The notes beneath the pieces were generated by a model, which saw only the letters and a list, made by a program, of their open reading frames with translations, was not told the DNA's origin and made no database searches. Made by a program: the position numbers and the translations under genes. From the IMG/VR virus record IMGVR_UViG_3300030104_005320, positions 51,904-115,903 of that record: a stretch of 64,000 nucleotides of DNA, one strand, 5' to 3'. Below are positions 38,531-47,656 of this stretch, in pieces; position 1 is the first letter of the stretch, and each line of letters begins with the position of its first letter. The DNA is from a virus.

Positions 38531-38990
38531 ATTATTAATATTAGATATTGATGGAGTTATGACCAACGGCACTAAGCTTTATGACACGGAAGGCAACGTT
38601 ACTCACAAGTCCTTCTATGATCATGACTTTACTGCCATCAAAAGATTCATCATGGAGGGAGTAAATGTTTGTTTTTTATCTGGGGACGAAAGGGTCAACC
38701 GACAAATGTCTAAACGTAGAAACATAGACTATTATCACAACCCAAAAGGCCACGATAAAAGCGAATATTTAGAACAGATATGTAAAAACTACGATTGTAC
38801 ACTTCAAGAGACGGCTTTTGTTGGAGATGATATATATGACCTACAGGCCATGAACGAAGTAGCGTATCCGTTCTGTCCTTGTGACGCAACAGAAGATGTG
38901 TCTAATTTTTGTGGCCTAAATGGACATGTCTTGGAATCCAAAGGCGGCGAAGGTGTAGTTAAGGAACTTTATACGTATGTATACCAATAA
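38511..38990 (+). CDS. KdsC-like HAD sugar-phosphate phosphatase
   Basis: LDIDGVMTNG, FLSG, K, FVGDDIYD, SKGGEGVVKE. Confidence 0.85.
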   Translation: MDGNLFKLLILDIDGVMTNGTKLYDTEGNVTHKSFYDHDFTAIKRFIMEGVNVCFLSGDERVNRQMSKRRNIDYYHNPKGHDKSEYLEQICKNYDCTLQETAFVGDDIYDLQAMNEVAYPFCPCDATEDVSNFCGLNGHVLESKGGEGVVKELYTYVYQ

Positions 38991-39693
38991 TAATATAAAC
39001 TTACACTTAATCGGCAAGAAGTATTTAGATACATTGCTATATGTAGATAATCTTAATTTGTCAGAAACCAACGAGACTAAGCAAGTCAGGGAATGCTTGG
39101 GCGGTATTTATAACATAAAAGACTTGGATAGTGTATCCCCAATATATTCTCCCGTAGGAGAAAAAAGAGCGATAGTTATAAGCGAAAAGGAAAAGTCTAG
39201 AAGGACATCGATTGTAAGAGAAGTAAAATCAATCAAAGCAAAAGACAGCTACAATCTATGTAAAAATTTAGTAGTAAATTCTGATTGGACTCATGTGGCA
39301 TATATCGATGATGTAGCACTGCCTCATACTTTGCAGCCAAACAGCGTTGATTTTTGCACCAGCAAAGATAGAAGGCGGTTTTCAAAAAAACTAAATAAAT
39401 GCATACTTGCATTTGACTCTAGAGAAAGAAAGCATCTTTATAATGGCTTAGACCTAGATACAATTATTGTGTTGCATGACGAGCATGGCTGTGAAGCCAT
39501 ATTTAAAAATCTAGTTATATGCAAGTACGAAAACAATCCAGTGAAGAATTTACACGTAAATGGTGCTGGAGATATATTCGCGGCAGTGTTTATTAGAGAG
39601 TATTTAAAATCGAATTTAACAAGTGCCGTAAAATATAGTTGTGAAATAACAACACACATTTTAAAGAAAAGACAAACAAATGAAAAAGTATAA
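38977..39693 (+). CDS. divergent PfkB-family sugar kinase
   Basis: C-terminal anion-hole motif VNGAGDIFAA. Confidence 0.65.
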   Translation: MYTNNNINLHLIGKKYLDTLLYVDNLNLSETNETKQVRECLGGIYNIKDLDSVSPIYSPVGEKRAIVISEKEKSRRTSIVREVKSIKAKDSYNLCKNLVVNSDWTHVAYIDDVALPHTLQPNSVDFCTSKDRRRFSKKLNKCILAFDSRERKHLYNGLDLDTIIVLHDEHGCEAIFKNLVICKYENNPVKNLHVNGAGDIFAAVFIREYLKSNLTSAVKYSCEITTHILKKRQTNEKV

Positions 39694-40840
39694 CCTACTA
39701 ATACCAATGGCCGGAAAGGCCCAGAGATTTGCCGACAAGGGCTATAAGATGCCCAAGCCATTAATAATGGCAAAGAACAAGCACGTCATAGACTGGGCCA
39801 TGGACTCAATCGAAACAAAAGACTGTAATATAATTTTCCAAGTTAGGCTTGACCATATAAATAACTTTTCTATCGACAAGATACTTAAGAAAAAATTCGG
39901 AAATGATATTAGTATTGTGGTAGTTGACCACGACACAGAAGGCTCTGTCTGCACTTGTATGTTGGCTAGAGACCTGATAGATAATGATTTGCCATTAATA
40001 ATCTATACTCCAGATGTATATTTTGGCCCAAAATTCAACCCCAATGATATATCGGAAGAATTAGATGGCTTTCTGTTAACGTTTAAAGCGAACAGCCCCG
40101 CTCATAGTTATGTAGAGCTAAACGAAGAAGGATATGCGATTAAGACCGCTGAGAAGCAGGTTCTTAGTTCCAATGCCGCCGTTGGAGTTTACTACTACAA
40201 GACAGGATCGCTGTTTGTTAAGCACGCAGAAGAAATGATAGCGGCTAATATAAAAACGAAGAACGAATTTTACATTTGTCCCATGTTTAATACTATAATT
40301 AGAGATGGCGGCAAAGTGGGAATAAAAACAGTAGACAAGATGCACGTTCTAGGAACTCCGGGAGAGCTTGAGTTTTTTGTTAGAAATGTTTCTTGGACAT
40401 TTGGAGAGCGTCCTATAGCCTTGTGCGGAGATCATTCTGGATGGGATAAAAAAGAAGCGACAAAATTAATACTTGAAAATATGGGAATTGATTATATCGA
40501 TTTTGGGTGCTACGTACAAAAGGACTCAGACTATCCTGATTTTGTAACACAGGCGGCACAAGCCATACGAGATCAAATATGCGATTTTGGATTAGGCTTT
40601 TGTAGAACGGGACAGGGAGTCAATATGTGTGCAAATCATCACGGCTTAAGGTCTGCACTTGTGTTTAATGATTATACTGCCGAAATGGCGGTACGTCACA
40701 ACTGTGCCAATTTCTTTGGAATGTCCTCAAAGTATATCACCACAGAAGATATTAAGGTTATTATTAACACGATTAGAAGCCATTCATTTGATGGCGGTAG
40801 ACATATGAGTAGGATGTCGGAGGTTCTAAATGATAGTTGA
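39680..40840 (+). CDS. nucleotidyltransferase (BcbE-like) fused to RpiB/LacAB sugar-phosphate isomerase
   Basis: LIPMAGKAQRF..GYKMPKPLI, EFYICP, LGTP; then IALCGDHSG, DYPD, FCRTGQG, AVRHNCAN, FDGGRH. Confidence 0.88.
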   Translation: MKKYNLLIPMAGKAQRFADKGYKMPKPLIMAKNKHVIDWAMDSIETKDCNIIFQVRLDHINNFSIDKILKKKFGNDISIVVVDHDTEGSVCTCMLARDLIDNDLPLIIYTPDVYFGPKFNPNDISEELDGFLLTFKANSPAHSYVELNEEGYAIKTAEKQVLSSNAAVGVYYYKTGSLFVKHAEEMIAANIKTKNEFYICPMFNTIIRDGGKVGIKTVDKMHVLGTPGELEFFVRNVSWTFGERPIALCGDHSGWDKKEATKLILENMGIDYIDFGCYVQKDSDYPDFVTQAAQAIRDQICDFGLGFCRTGQGVNMCANHHGLRSALVFNDYTAEMAVRHNCANFFGMSSKYITTEDIKVIINTIRSHSFDGGRHMSRMSEVLNDS

Positions 40841-41402
40841 TCACGACAGCAAGTTTATATTTGTAGCTGTCGCTAAAACCGCGTCTACATCGATACACAG
40901 AAGCTTTGGATACACTCAAGACCCAGAGCCTAAAATATATCACATGCACTTAAAAGATATAATCAAAACAAATCCAGAAGCAAAGGATTATTTTAAATTT
41001 GGCTTTGTTAGAAATCCATATGATAGACTTGTTAGTGCTTATCATGATTTCAAATATTCCAAACATCACCCATGGGCCTCTGCGATTTATCAATATTCTA
41101 CATTTAAAGATTTTGCATTAAACTTGCATAATAGTCCTTGTAGGGATTTTATTCATTTAAGGCCGCAGTTCGAATATCTGGAACTCAACGGCGAATTGGG
41201 CGTTGATTTCGTTGGAAGGTTTGAACATCTGAACGATGACTTCAGGTTAGTACAGGAACTAATAAATATTGAAGATAGGTCTTTAGGTAGAGATAGATTA
41301 TCTTCTCATGAGGAATATACAACATACTACGACACAGAAACGAAAAATACTGTATATGAACTTTACAGAAAAGACTTTGAGGTATTTGGATATGAGAAAT
41401 AA
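40830..41402 (+). CDS. sulfotransferase (Sulfotransfer_2 family)
   Basis: FIFVAVAKTASTS (5'-PSB), FVRNPYDRLVSAY (3'-PB), H.RPQ, GRFE, Y.KDF..FGY. Confidence 0.88.
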   Translation: MIVDHDSKFIFVAVAKTASTSIHRSFGYTQDPEPKIYHMHLKDIIKTNPEAKDYFKFGFVRNPYDRLVSAYHDFKYSKHHPWASAIYQYSTFKDFALNLHNSPCRDFIHLRPQFEYLELNGELGVDFVGRFEHLNDDFRLVQELINIEDRSLGRDRLSSHEEYTTYYDTETKNTVYELYRKDFEVFGYEK

Positions 41403-42120
41403 ATTACTTCAACAGTGTGAAGCATCATATAAAAGATATGAAAAGAGCGTCAGAGATGTCAGCCCCCGCAATGGGTGTATGTTAAAGGCTGAAAACTTTT
41501 GTTTCTGCTGTATGTGTGAATTGTATTCAGTAGATGTGATTATAGAAACCGGTGTGTTTTTTGGAGCCTCGACAGAAATGTTCGCAAGATATTTTGAAGG
41601 ATCTGAAACCGAAATACATGCTATAGATATATCTTGGCCAGATGGCCTGCAAGAAAAATTACAATCATACAAAAATATTAAAGAAACATATTGTGCAGAT
41701 GGCACACAAAAGATTTTAGAGTTAATAACAAAATTTAAAGATAAAAAAATAGCGGTTTTTATAGACGGGCCAAAAGGCGAACAGCAACTATCTTTGGCTA
41801 AAAAAATAATAAATTCTGTAGAGTTTGTGGCACTTCATGACGTAGGTAGAGAATATTGTATGTATACAGCAGAACCACAAGTCGAAGTAGAAACGCATGA
41901 TAATTTCGTTGAGTGGGACCGGTCTATGTTTATCACAACTGAAGACTGGTTTGCCAATAAGTATTCACACATGAATATTGAACAGCTTAGATGGCTTCAG
42001 AAAAAAGACACGAGATGGGAAAAAAGAAACGATGGATACGACGAAAGTTTGTGGAATCCAATTTTAGATAAGATCACTCCTAACGGCTTTGGTCTTGGCA
42101 TAGCAATGAAAGCAACTTGA
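41392..42120 (+). CDS. putative class I SAM-dependent methyltransferase
   Basis: IIETGVFFGAST, AID, FIDGPK, LHD. Confidence 0.7.
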   Translation: MRNKLLQQCEASYKRYEKSVRDVSPRNGCMLKAENFCFCCMCELYSVDVIIETGVFFGASTEMFARYFEGSETEIHAIDISWPDGLQEKLQSYKNIKETYCADGTQKILELITKFKDKKIAVFIDGPKGEQQLSLAKKIINSVEFVALHDVGREYCMYTAEPQVEVETHDNFVEWDRSMFITTEDWFANKYSHMNIEQLRWLQKKDTRWEKRNDGYDESLWNPILDKITPNGFGLGIAMKAT

Positions 42121-42137
42121 GTTCATTAAGTGGAATC

Positions 42138-42746
42138 ATGATAATTAATCACAACAAAAGATTTATATTTGTGGCTGTAGCAAAAACTGCATGTACATCA
42201 ATACGTAGGAGTCTTGGATATACTAAAGATCCGCTACCCCTTAGATATCACATGAACTTAAAGGACATGATAAACCAAAACCCTGAAACTGAAAACTACT
42301 TTAAATTTGGTTTTGTTAGAAATCCTTACTATAGGCTGGTTAGTGCTTTTTTTAATTTTAGAAATTCAAACACACATGGATCAATACCGCCATATTACGT
42401 GCCTTTCTATGAATACAATAACTTTAGAGATTTTGTATTAGACCTAGATAAAATGGCTGAAAAAATCATACATCTAAAAACCCAATATGATTATTTAGAG
42501 TATAAGGGGGGTGTTGGCGTTGATTTTGTTGGAAGATTTGAGAATCTAAATGAAGATTTTGAAACTGTAAAATCTTTAATTGGTATAGAATCAGAGCCTC
42601 TTGGTATACACAGACAACATGTAAGCGGGCTCAATGGAGTCGCAAGAAAATCTGATAACTATATGGATGAGTATGACGAAGAAACAAAAGAAATAACTTA
42701 CCGGTTTTACAAAAAAGACTTTATGGAGTTTGGTTATGAAAAGTAA
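42138..42746 (+). CDS. sulfotransferase (paralogue of 40830-41402)
   Basis: FIFVAVAKTACTS, FVRNPYYRLVSAF, GVDFVGRFE, YKKDF..FGYEK. Confidence 0.88.
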   Translation: MIINHNKRFIFVAVAKTACTSIRRSLGYTKDPLPLRYHMNLKDMINQNPETENYFKFGFVRNPYYRLVSAFFNFRNSNTHGSIPPYYVPFYEYNNFRDFVLDLDKMAEKIIHLKTQYDYLEYKGGVGVDFVGRFENLNEDFETVKSLIGIESEPLGIHRQHVSGLNGVARKSDNYMDEYDEETKEITYRFYKKDFMEFGYEK

Positions 42747-43539
42747 AGCCTATCAAGACATAATAGACAATTTAACAATATCAATTATTGGCCCGATTCA
42801 CCAGCAGTCGCTAGACAACATAGAAAACTACAAAAAAATATGTAAAAATATTTTAGTTTTTGCTTGGTCTGATATCAATACTGAAACAATTGAAGTATTT
42901 AGAGACAAAATCAGCGACGACGAAAGTGTTACACTTTACACTTACAAATCCCCTCCCTCACAAGATGTTAAGAATTGTATGTTTCAGCATTACAAAACAC
43001 TTCTTCCTCAAGTAAAAGGCATAATGATAGCCGCTACAAAATGTCAAACAAAGTATATGATACGAACCAGAGCCGACGAAAGTTTTAGCGATCTGTCTCC
43101 TATGGTAAAAAAGTTTTCAAACGATACAAACACTATCGTGTCTTCAAATATAGTTTGGAGAACTAATTGGGGCGGACGAAAAAAACATATGGGAGATCAC
43201 ACTTTTATAGGCGACACACAAACAATACTAGATGTTTATAAAGAGTTTTATACTTCAGCTTTTGAAGGTTTTAAGGGTAGTGCGTTAAGTGAAGCGTTTT
43301 ATAATGGCATAGAACATGGCTGTTGTGAAGAACATTTACATGACTACTTTATGAAACACGGAAAAACTCCAATACCGATCAATGTAGAAACTTTGGGTGA
43401 ATATCTGGTGTCTATTGAAGGAAAGAAATATAGCAATAAAACAGGACTTAACAGTAAAGTTATGGAGTGTCCAGATATGCTTGTTGATTGGTTTAGTATG
43501 GACACAAAGATGTGGAGATTCATGTATGAACAAGAATAG
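42736..43539 (+). CDS. WavE-like LPS/glycan synthesis protein
   Basis: ISIIGP, QVKGI...TKYMIRTRADE, HMGDHTFIG. Confidence 0.6.
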   Translation: MKSKAYQDIIDNLTISIIGPIHQQSLDNIENYKKICKNILVFAWSDINTETIEVFRDKISDDESVTLYTYKSPPSQDVKNCMFQHYKTLLPQVKGIMIAATKCQTKYMIRTRADESFSDLSPMVKKFSNDTNTIVSSNIVWRTNWGGRKKHMGDHTFIGDTQTILDVYKEFYTSAFEGFKGSALSEAFYNGIEHGCCEEHLHDYFMKHGKTPIPINVETLGEYLVSIEGKKYSNKTGLNSKVMECPDMLVDWFSMDTKMWRFMYEQE

Positions 43540-44143
43540 TAAAACGGGACTGATACTCTCGCATATATTCGTAAGAGAGAGAGAAGAGCACAAATGGGAT
43601 TGGATTCAAAATTCCATAGATAAACATAGACAGCTTTACGATAACTTTTATATCGTCCTAAGTGGACACGGCATAGAAGTTCCTGAGCATATCAAAGACC
43701 AGTTGGATAGTATCTATTGGGAAGAGCAGATCAGAGAACAGGATATAGGGCAAGGACATCCTCATTTTTGTATCAAAGGTTACGAAGCGTGTCTAGAGGC
43801 AAATTGTCAATACACTTTAAAAACAAGAGGATTTGACTGGCTAGAACATGATGAAGTCTTAAAAAACAACTTAGTGTTTTGCTCTACTAACACAGACTTT
43901 TCTAAAAAACAACTAGGGGATCTTTTGATTTTTGGCGATACTAAAGATATGTTAGATCTTTGGTCATGTGTGCCTTGGGACTACACGCTAATCGACGGTT
44001 TAGAGAATTTATACAAAAACATGAAAAACAAGTGGGGCGAATCATGGCTGCAAGATAATGCCAAGTTTCTAAGCTCTCAACAGATGGGATGGATGACTAT
44101 GAACGATTTCAAGGGCAACGGCCCGAAGTACTGGGGGATTTAA
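43526..44143 (+). CDS. hypothetical glycan-related protein (WavE-like remote)
   Basis: YTLKTRGFD, LGDLLIFGDT echo the WavE-type motifs of its neighbours. Confidence 0.5.
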   Translation: MNKNSKTGLILSHIFVREREEHKWDWIQNSIDKHRQLYDNFYIVLSGHGIEVPEHIKDQLDSIYWEEQIREQDIGQGHPHFCIKGYEACLEANCQYTLKTRGFDWLEHDEVLKNNLVFCSTNTDFSKKQLGDLLIFGDTKDMLDLWSCVPWDYTLIDGLENLYKNMKNKWGESWLQDNAKFLSSQQMGWMTMNDFKGNGPKYWGI

Positions 44144-44144
44144 T

Positions 44145-44966
44145 TTGAATAGTATAGTATACAGAGGAATTCCTCACGAAACATTTTATGACAACCTAAA
44201 GCAAGTCAGAAGTTGGCACTCTGGGGAAATAATTTTATCTACTTGGAAAGATGTGGAAGTGGACAACAACACATCATCTATGATAGATCATATTGTTAGA
44301 TCAGAAGATCCGGGCGAGGATATAGATATTGGCAATCCATCGCTAAGATTTGCCAGCAGACAAGTCGTTGCCGCAAAAGCCGGAGTGGACAAAGCCGCAG
44401 GCGAAAAAGTCTTACTAACCAGAACAGATATAAATTACGCTAGAGCAAAAGAAAACTTGTTCGACAAGGTGCAGATCAACAAAAGCCAGTCTTCTTATAA
44501 AGTGTTTTCAGCCCCTCTTGTGGTGGGAAGCATCATGAGTATAGATCCATCTGTATCTAGAGCTAGATCCGTGTGTGACGATGCTGTTCATGGCTATGCA
44601 AGAACTATGTTCTTTAGAATGTGCGATTGGTTTCAATGTGGATACAAAGCGGATTTAGAAAAGTTTACGGATGTGCAGGAAGAAATAATAGAAGCTAGAC
44701 ATAGCGGGTGTTGCTTAGAACAGTTGTGGTTTATATGTTGCTTTAATAAAAATTCTTTTATGCGTTTTTATCCACATTCTTTAGAAGACCATCAAAACGT
44801 ATTCTGGGGAGTTACCGTTGAAAACTTTAAGATAATAAATAGCCAAGGGCTCAACGCTGGCAAATGGGCTCACAAAACCAATGAAGATATTTACATTAGT
44901 GAAGAAAAATACAACGAAATGCTTAACCAGATAAAGGTGGAAGATGAAAGATTTTTTGTTTTTTAA
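44145..44966 (+). CDS. WavE-like protein
   Basis: SIVYRG, EIILSTW, SEDPG, RQ, LLTRTD, CDWFQCG, EQ. Confidence 0.7.
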   Translation: MNSIVYRGIPHETFYDNLKQVRSWHSGEIILSTWKDVEVDNNTSSMIDHIVRSEDPGEDIDIGNPSLRFASRQVVAAKAGVDKAAGEKVLLTRTDINYARAKENLFDKVQINKSQSSYKVFSAPLVVGSIMSIDPSVSRARSVCDDAVHGYARTMFFRMCDWFQCGYKADLEKFTDVQEEIIEARHSGCCLEQLWFICCFNKNSFMRFYPHSLEDHQNVFWGVTVENFKIINSQGLNAGKWAHKTNEDIYISEEKYNEMLNQIKVEDERFFVF

Positions 44967-45819
44967 TTATTCTTGGGTTCCTAATTCTACCCTATATTTT
45001 AATTCGTTTATAGACGCCGGATATGACTGCGATATCGTAGACGAAATAAGCATAAATCATTGGGAGCCTAAAGATAAGTATAAAGTTGTAGTTGTATACC
45101 TACATTGCGATGGGCCTGTGGCAACAATAAACTATTGGTTAGACAATTATTTTCAAGACTGTTTTCTTATACAGCATGACACCACGGATCATGAGCAAAT
45201 ACAACCATGGACCAATAGAACTCCAGATCTAATTATGCAAAGAGAACTGTTTGACGGAACTCAGAATCCAGACAATATACCTATAGAACCATTTCATTTT
45301 CCCATACCGTCTGTCTATGATGATTCATACGAACAAATTAATGATGTAATGTTTTATGGATGTATGACTAATGAGATACGTAGACCGTTTACCGAAAAGA
45401 TATTGGAGCTATCTCAAGGCTCTCTCAAACATCTAAAGTGGGATATAAAAGTAACCGGCAGCGGCGATAGAACTCCAGAAGAATACAGAAAAGCGATTAA
45501 CCAGTGTAAGATAGGACTACATTACTTTGGCAACTCTAGAGACTCGATTCGAATATGGGAAATAGCAAGCACTAAAGCGGCGATAATTATGCCAAAACTA
45601 AGAATGAAATCTACGTCAGAAGGATACATGCCCTTCACGGAGTACGAAACAATAGAAGATAACTTTTCGGATCTAGAACAAAAAATACTTTACACACTTG
45701 AAAACGATAGGTGGAAAAATCTAGGAGAAGAATCTTTTCAGGCTTTTGAACAGCGACACTCCCCGGACCACTGCTTTAACTATTATCACAACGCCATAAG
45801 AAAGCATATACAAATATGA
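44944..45819 (+). CDS. putative GT-B glycosyltransferase (Glyco_trans_1_2/exostosin-like)
   Basis: DVMFYG...R, EYRKAINQCKIGL..GNSRDSIRIWE. Confidence 0.6.
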   Translation: MKDFLFFNYSWVPNSTLYFNSFIDAGYDCDIVDEISINHWEPKDKYKVVVVYLHCDGPVATINYWLDNYFQDCFLIQHDTTDHEQIQPWTNRTPDLIMQRELFDGTQNPDNIPIEPFHFPIPSVYDDSYEQINDVMFYGCMTNEIRRPFTEKILELSQGSLKHLKWDIKVTGSGDRTPEEYRKAINQCKIGLHYFGNSRDSIRIWEIASTKAAIIMPKLRMKSTSEGYMPFTEYETIEDNFSDLEQKILYTLENDRWKNLGEESFQAFEQRHSPDHCFNYYHNAIRKHIQI

Positions 45820-47195
45820 TAAAATTAATTGCCTTCGATCTAGATGGCGTGCTAGTAGACGCTAGAGATCTTCATTACATGGCATTCAATCTTGCACTAA
45901 GAGATATAGATTCTTCTTATGAAATACCTAGAGAAGAACATCTATCAACTTATGACGGACTTCCTACTAATAAAAAACTAAAGATGTTGACTGAGAGAAA
46001 AGGTCTCGACCCGCAAAAACATGATCTAATCTGGAAAAAGAAACAGTCCAAAACAATAGATATAATCAATAACATGAAGCCAGATCATGATATGATACAA
46101 GTCTTAAAGACTCTAAAATCAAAGGGGTATATCATACATGTGTGTTCGAACTCAGTTAAGAATACGATAAAAATGATGCTGATTAGAAGAGGTCTTATTG
46201 AGTTTGTAGACGAAATATTCTCGAACGAAGACGTTAAAAGCCCAAAGCCAAGTCCAGAAATATACCTTCGTAGCATGGTAGCTGCTGGCGTTTGTCCTAA
46301 AGAGACACTAGTGGTTGAAGACTCTCATATAGGCAGAAAAGCCGCAATTGAGTCTGGTGCATTTTTGTGTCCCGTTAGGAATACCATGGACGTAACGCTT
46401 CGGAATATAGAAGACTCCATATCTGAAGCGGAAAGCAAAACAAAACAAGTAAGACCAAAGTGGCAGGGAGGTAAAATGAATATCTTAATACCAATGGCGG
46501 GGGCGGGATCGAGATTCGAAAAAGCTGGATATACTTTTCCCAAGCCTCTGATTGACGTGGATGGGAAGCCGATGATACAGGCCGTAGTTGATAACTTAAA
46601 TATTGACGCTAAACATATTTTTATTGTGCAAAAATCACATTATGATAGGTATAATCTTAATAATGTATTGTCGTCTATATCTCCTGACTGTGAAATTATA
46701 CAAGTAGATGGAATAACAGAAGGGGCGGCCTGCACAACGCTCTTGGCTAAAGATTTAATTAACAACGACGAACCCCTGCTGATGGCTAACTCAGACCAGT
46801 TTGTGGAATGGGACTCTAATCAATTTATGTATTCTATGATAGGAGACACTATTGACGCTGGAATGGCCACATTTAAATCTACACATCCAAAGTGGAGTTA
46901 TGCAAGACTGGATGCTAAAGGCTTTGTTTGTGAGGTCGCAGAGAAAAATCCGATCAGCGATATAGCGACGGTGGGAATCTACTACTGGTCTAAAGGTAGC
47001 GATTATGTCAAGTACGCCGAACAAATGATAGATAAGGATATAAGGGTCAATAACGAATTTTACGTCTGTCCCGTGTTTAATCAGGCTATAGAAGATGGTA
47101 AAAAAATAAAAACGTTCAATATAGAAAAAATGTGGGGTCTAGGAACCCCTGAAGACTTGAATCATTATTTAAACAACTACAAAGGCCAACAATGA
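45816..47195 (+). CDS. HAD hydrolase (beta-PGM/CbbY-like) fused to BcbE-like nucleotidyltransferase
   Basis: FDLDGVLVD, CSN, KPSP, VEDS..G; then LIPMAGAGSRF..GY.FPKPLI, TEGAA, NSDQ, EFYVCP, GLGTPEDL. Confidence 0.88.
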   Translation: MIKLIAFDLDGVLVDARDLHYMAFNLALRDIDSSYEIPREEHLSTYDGLPTNKKLKMLTERKGLDPQKHDLIWKKKQSKTIDIINNMKPDHDMIQVLKTLKSKGYIIHVCSNSVKNTIKMMLIRRGLIEFVDEIFSNEDVKSPKPSPEIYLRSMVAAGVCPKETLVVEDSHIGRKAAIESGAFLCPVRNTMDVTLRNIEDSISEAESKTKQVRPKWQGGKMNILIPMAGAGSRFEKAGYTFPKPLIDVDGKPMIQAVVDNLNIDAKHIFIVQKSHYDRYNLNNVLSSISPDCEIIQVDGITEGAACTTLLAKDLINNDEPLLMANSDQFVEWDSNQFMYSMIGDTIDAGMATFKSTHPKWSYARLDAKGFVCEVAEKNPISDIATVGIYYWSKGSDYVKYAEQMIDKDIRVNNEFYVCPVFNQAIEDGKKIKTFNIEKMWGLGTPEDLNHYLNNYKGQQ

Positions 47196-47653
47196 AAAAT
47201 ATATCAGCCATAGTGAAAGATCTTTCTGTGTCTCAAAAGTCTTTTTACCTTATTAAAGAGTTTAATAAGTATTTAACAAACACAGATCTATCGGCGTGCG
47301 TATTCTTTGAAAGGCCATCTATACCTCCGGTCCCAACTAATTTTGCGTGTAAAAGCGTTACATATCTATCTAATTACAACGGTATAGCGATAGCCACAAC
47401 AATCAAAGACGCAGAAAAAATACTAAAAATTAGCAGCTCTAGCACAAAATACTTATATTTGTGGGACATGGAATGGCTAGAGCAACCTTTATACTTTAGG
47501 AAAGCCATGGCGATACTTAGAGACCCAAGGCTAAAAATAATAGCCAGAAGCGAATCACAAGCAGAGGCTATAGAAAATTTCTGCAATAAAAGTGTGGTAG
47601 GCATTGTGTCTGATTGGAACGCTGATCAGCTTTTACAAATATTAGGAGATTAA
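47192..47653 (+). CDS. hypothetical protein (possible GT-B N-terminal fragment)
   Basis: KYLYLWDMEW, IIARS; coupled ORF. Confidence 0.55.
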   Translation: MKNISAIVKDLSVSQKSFYLIKEFNKYLTNTDLSACVFFERPSIPPVPTNFACKSVTYLSNYNGIAIATTIKDAEKILKISSSSTKYLYLWDMEWLEQPLYFRKAMAILRDPRLKIIARSESQAEAIENFCNKSVVGIVSDWNADQLLQILGD

Positions 47654-47656
47654 CAA

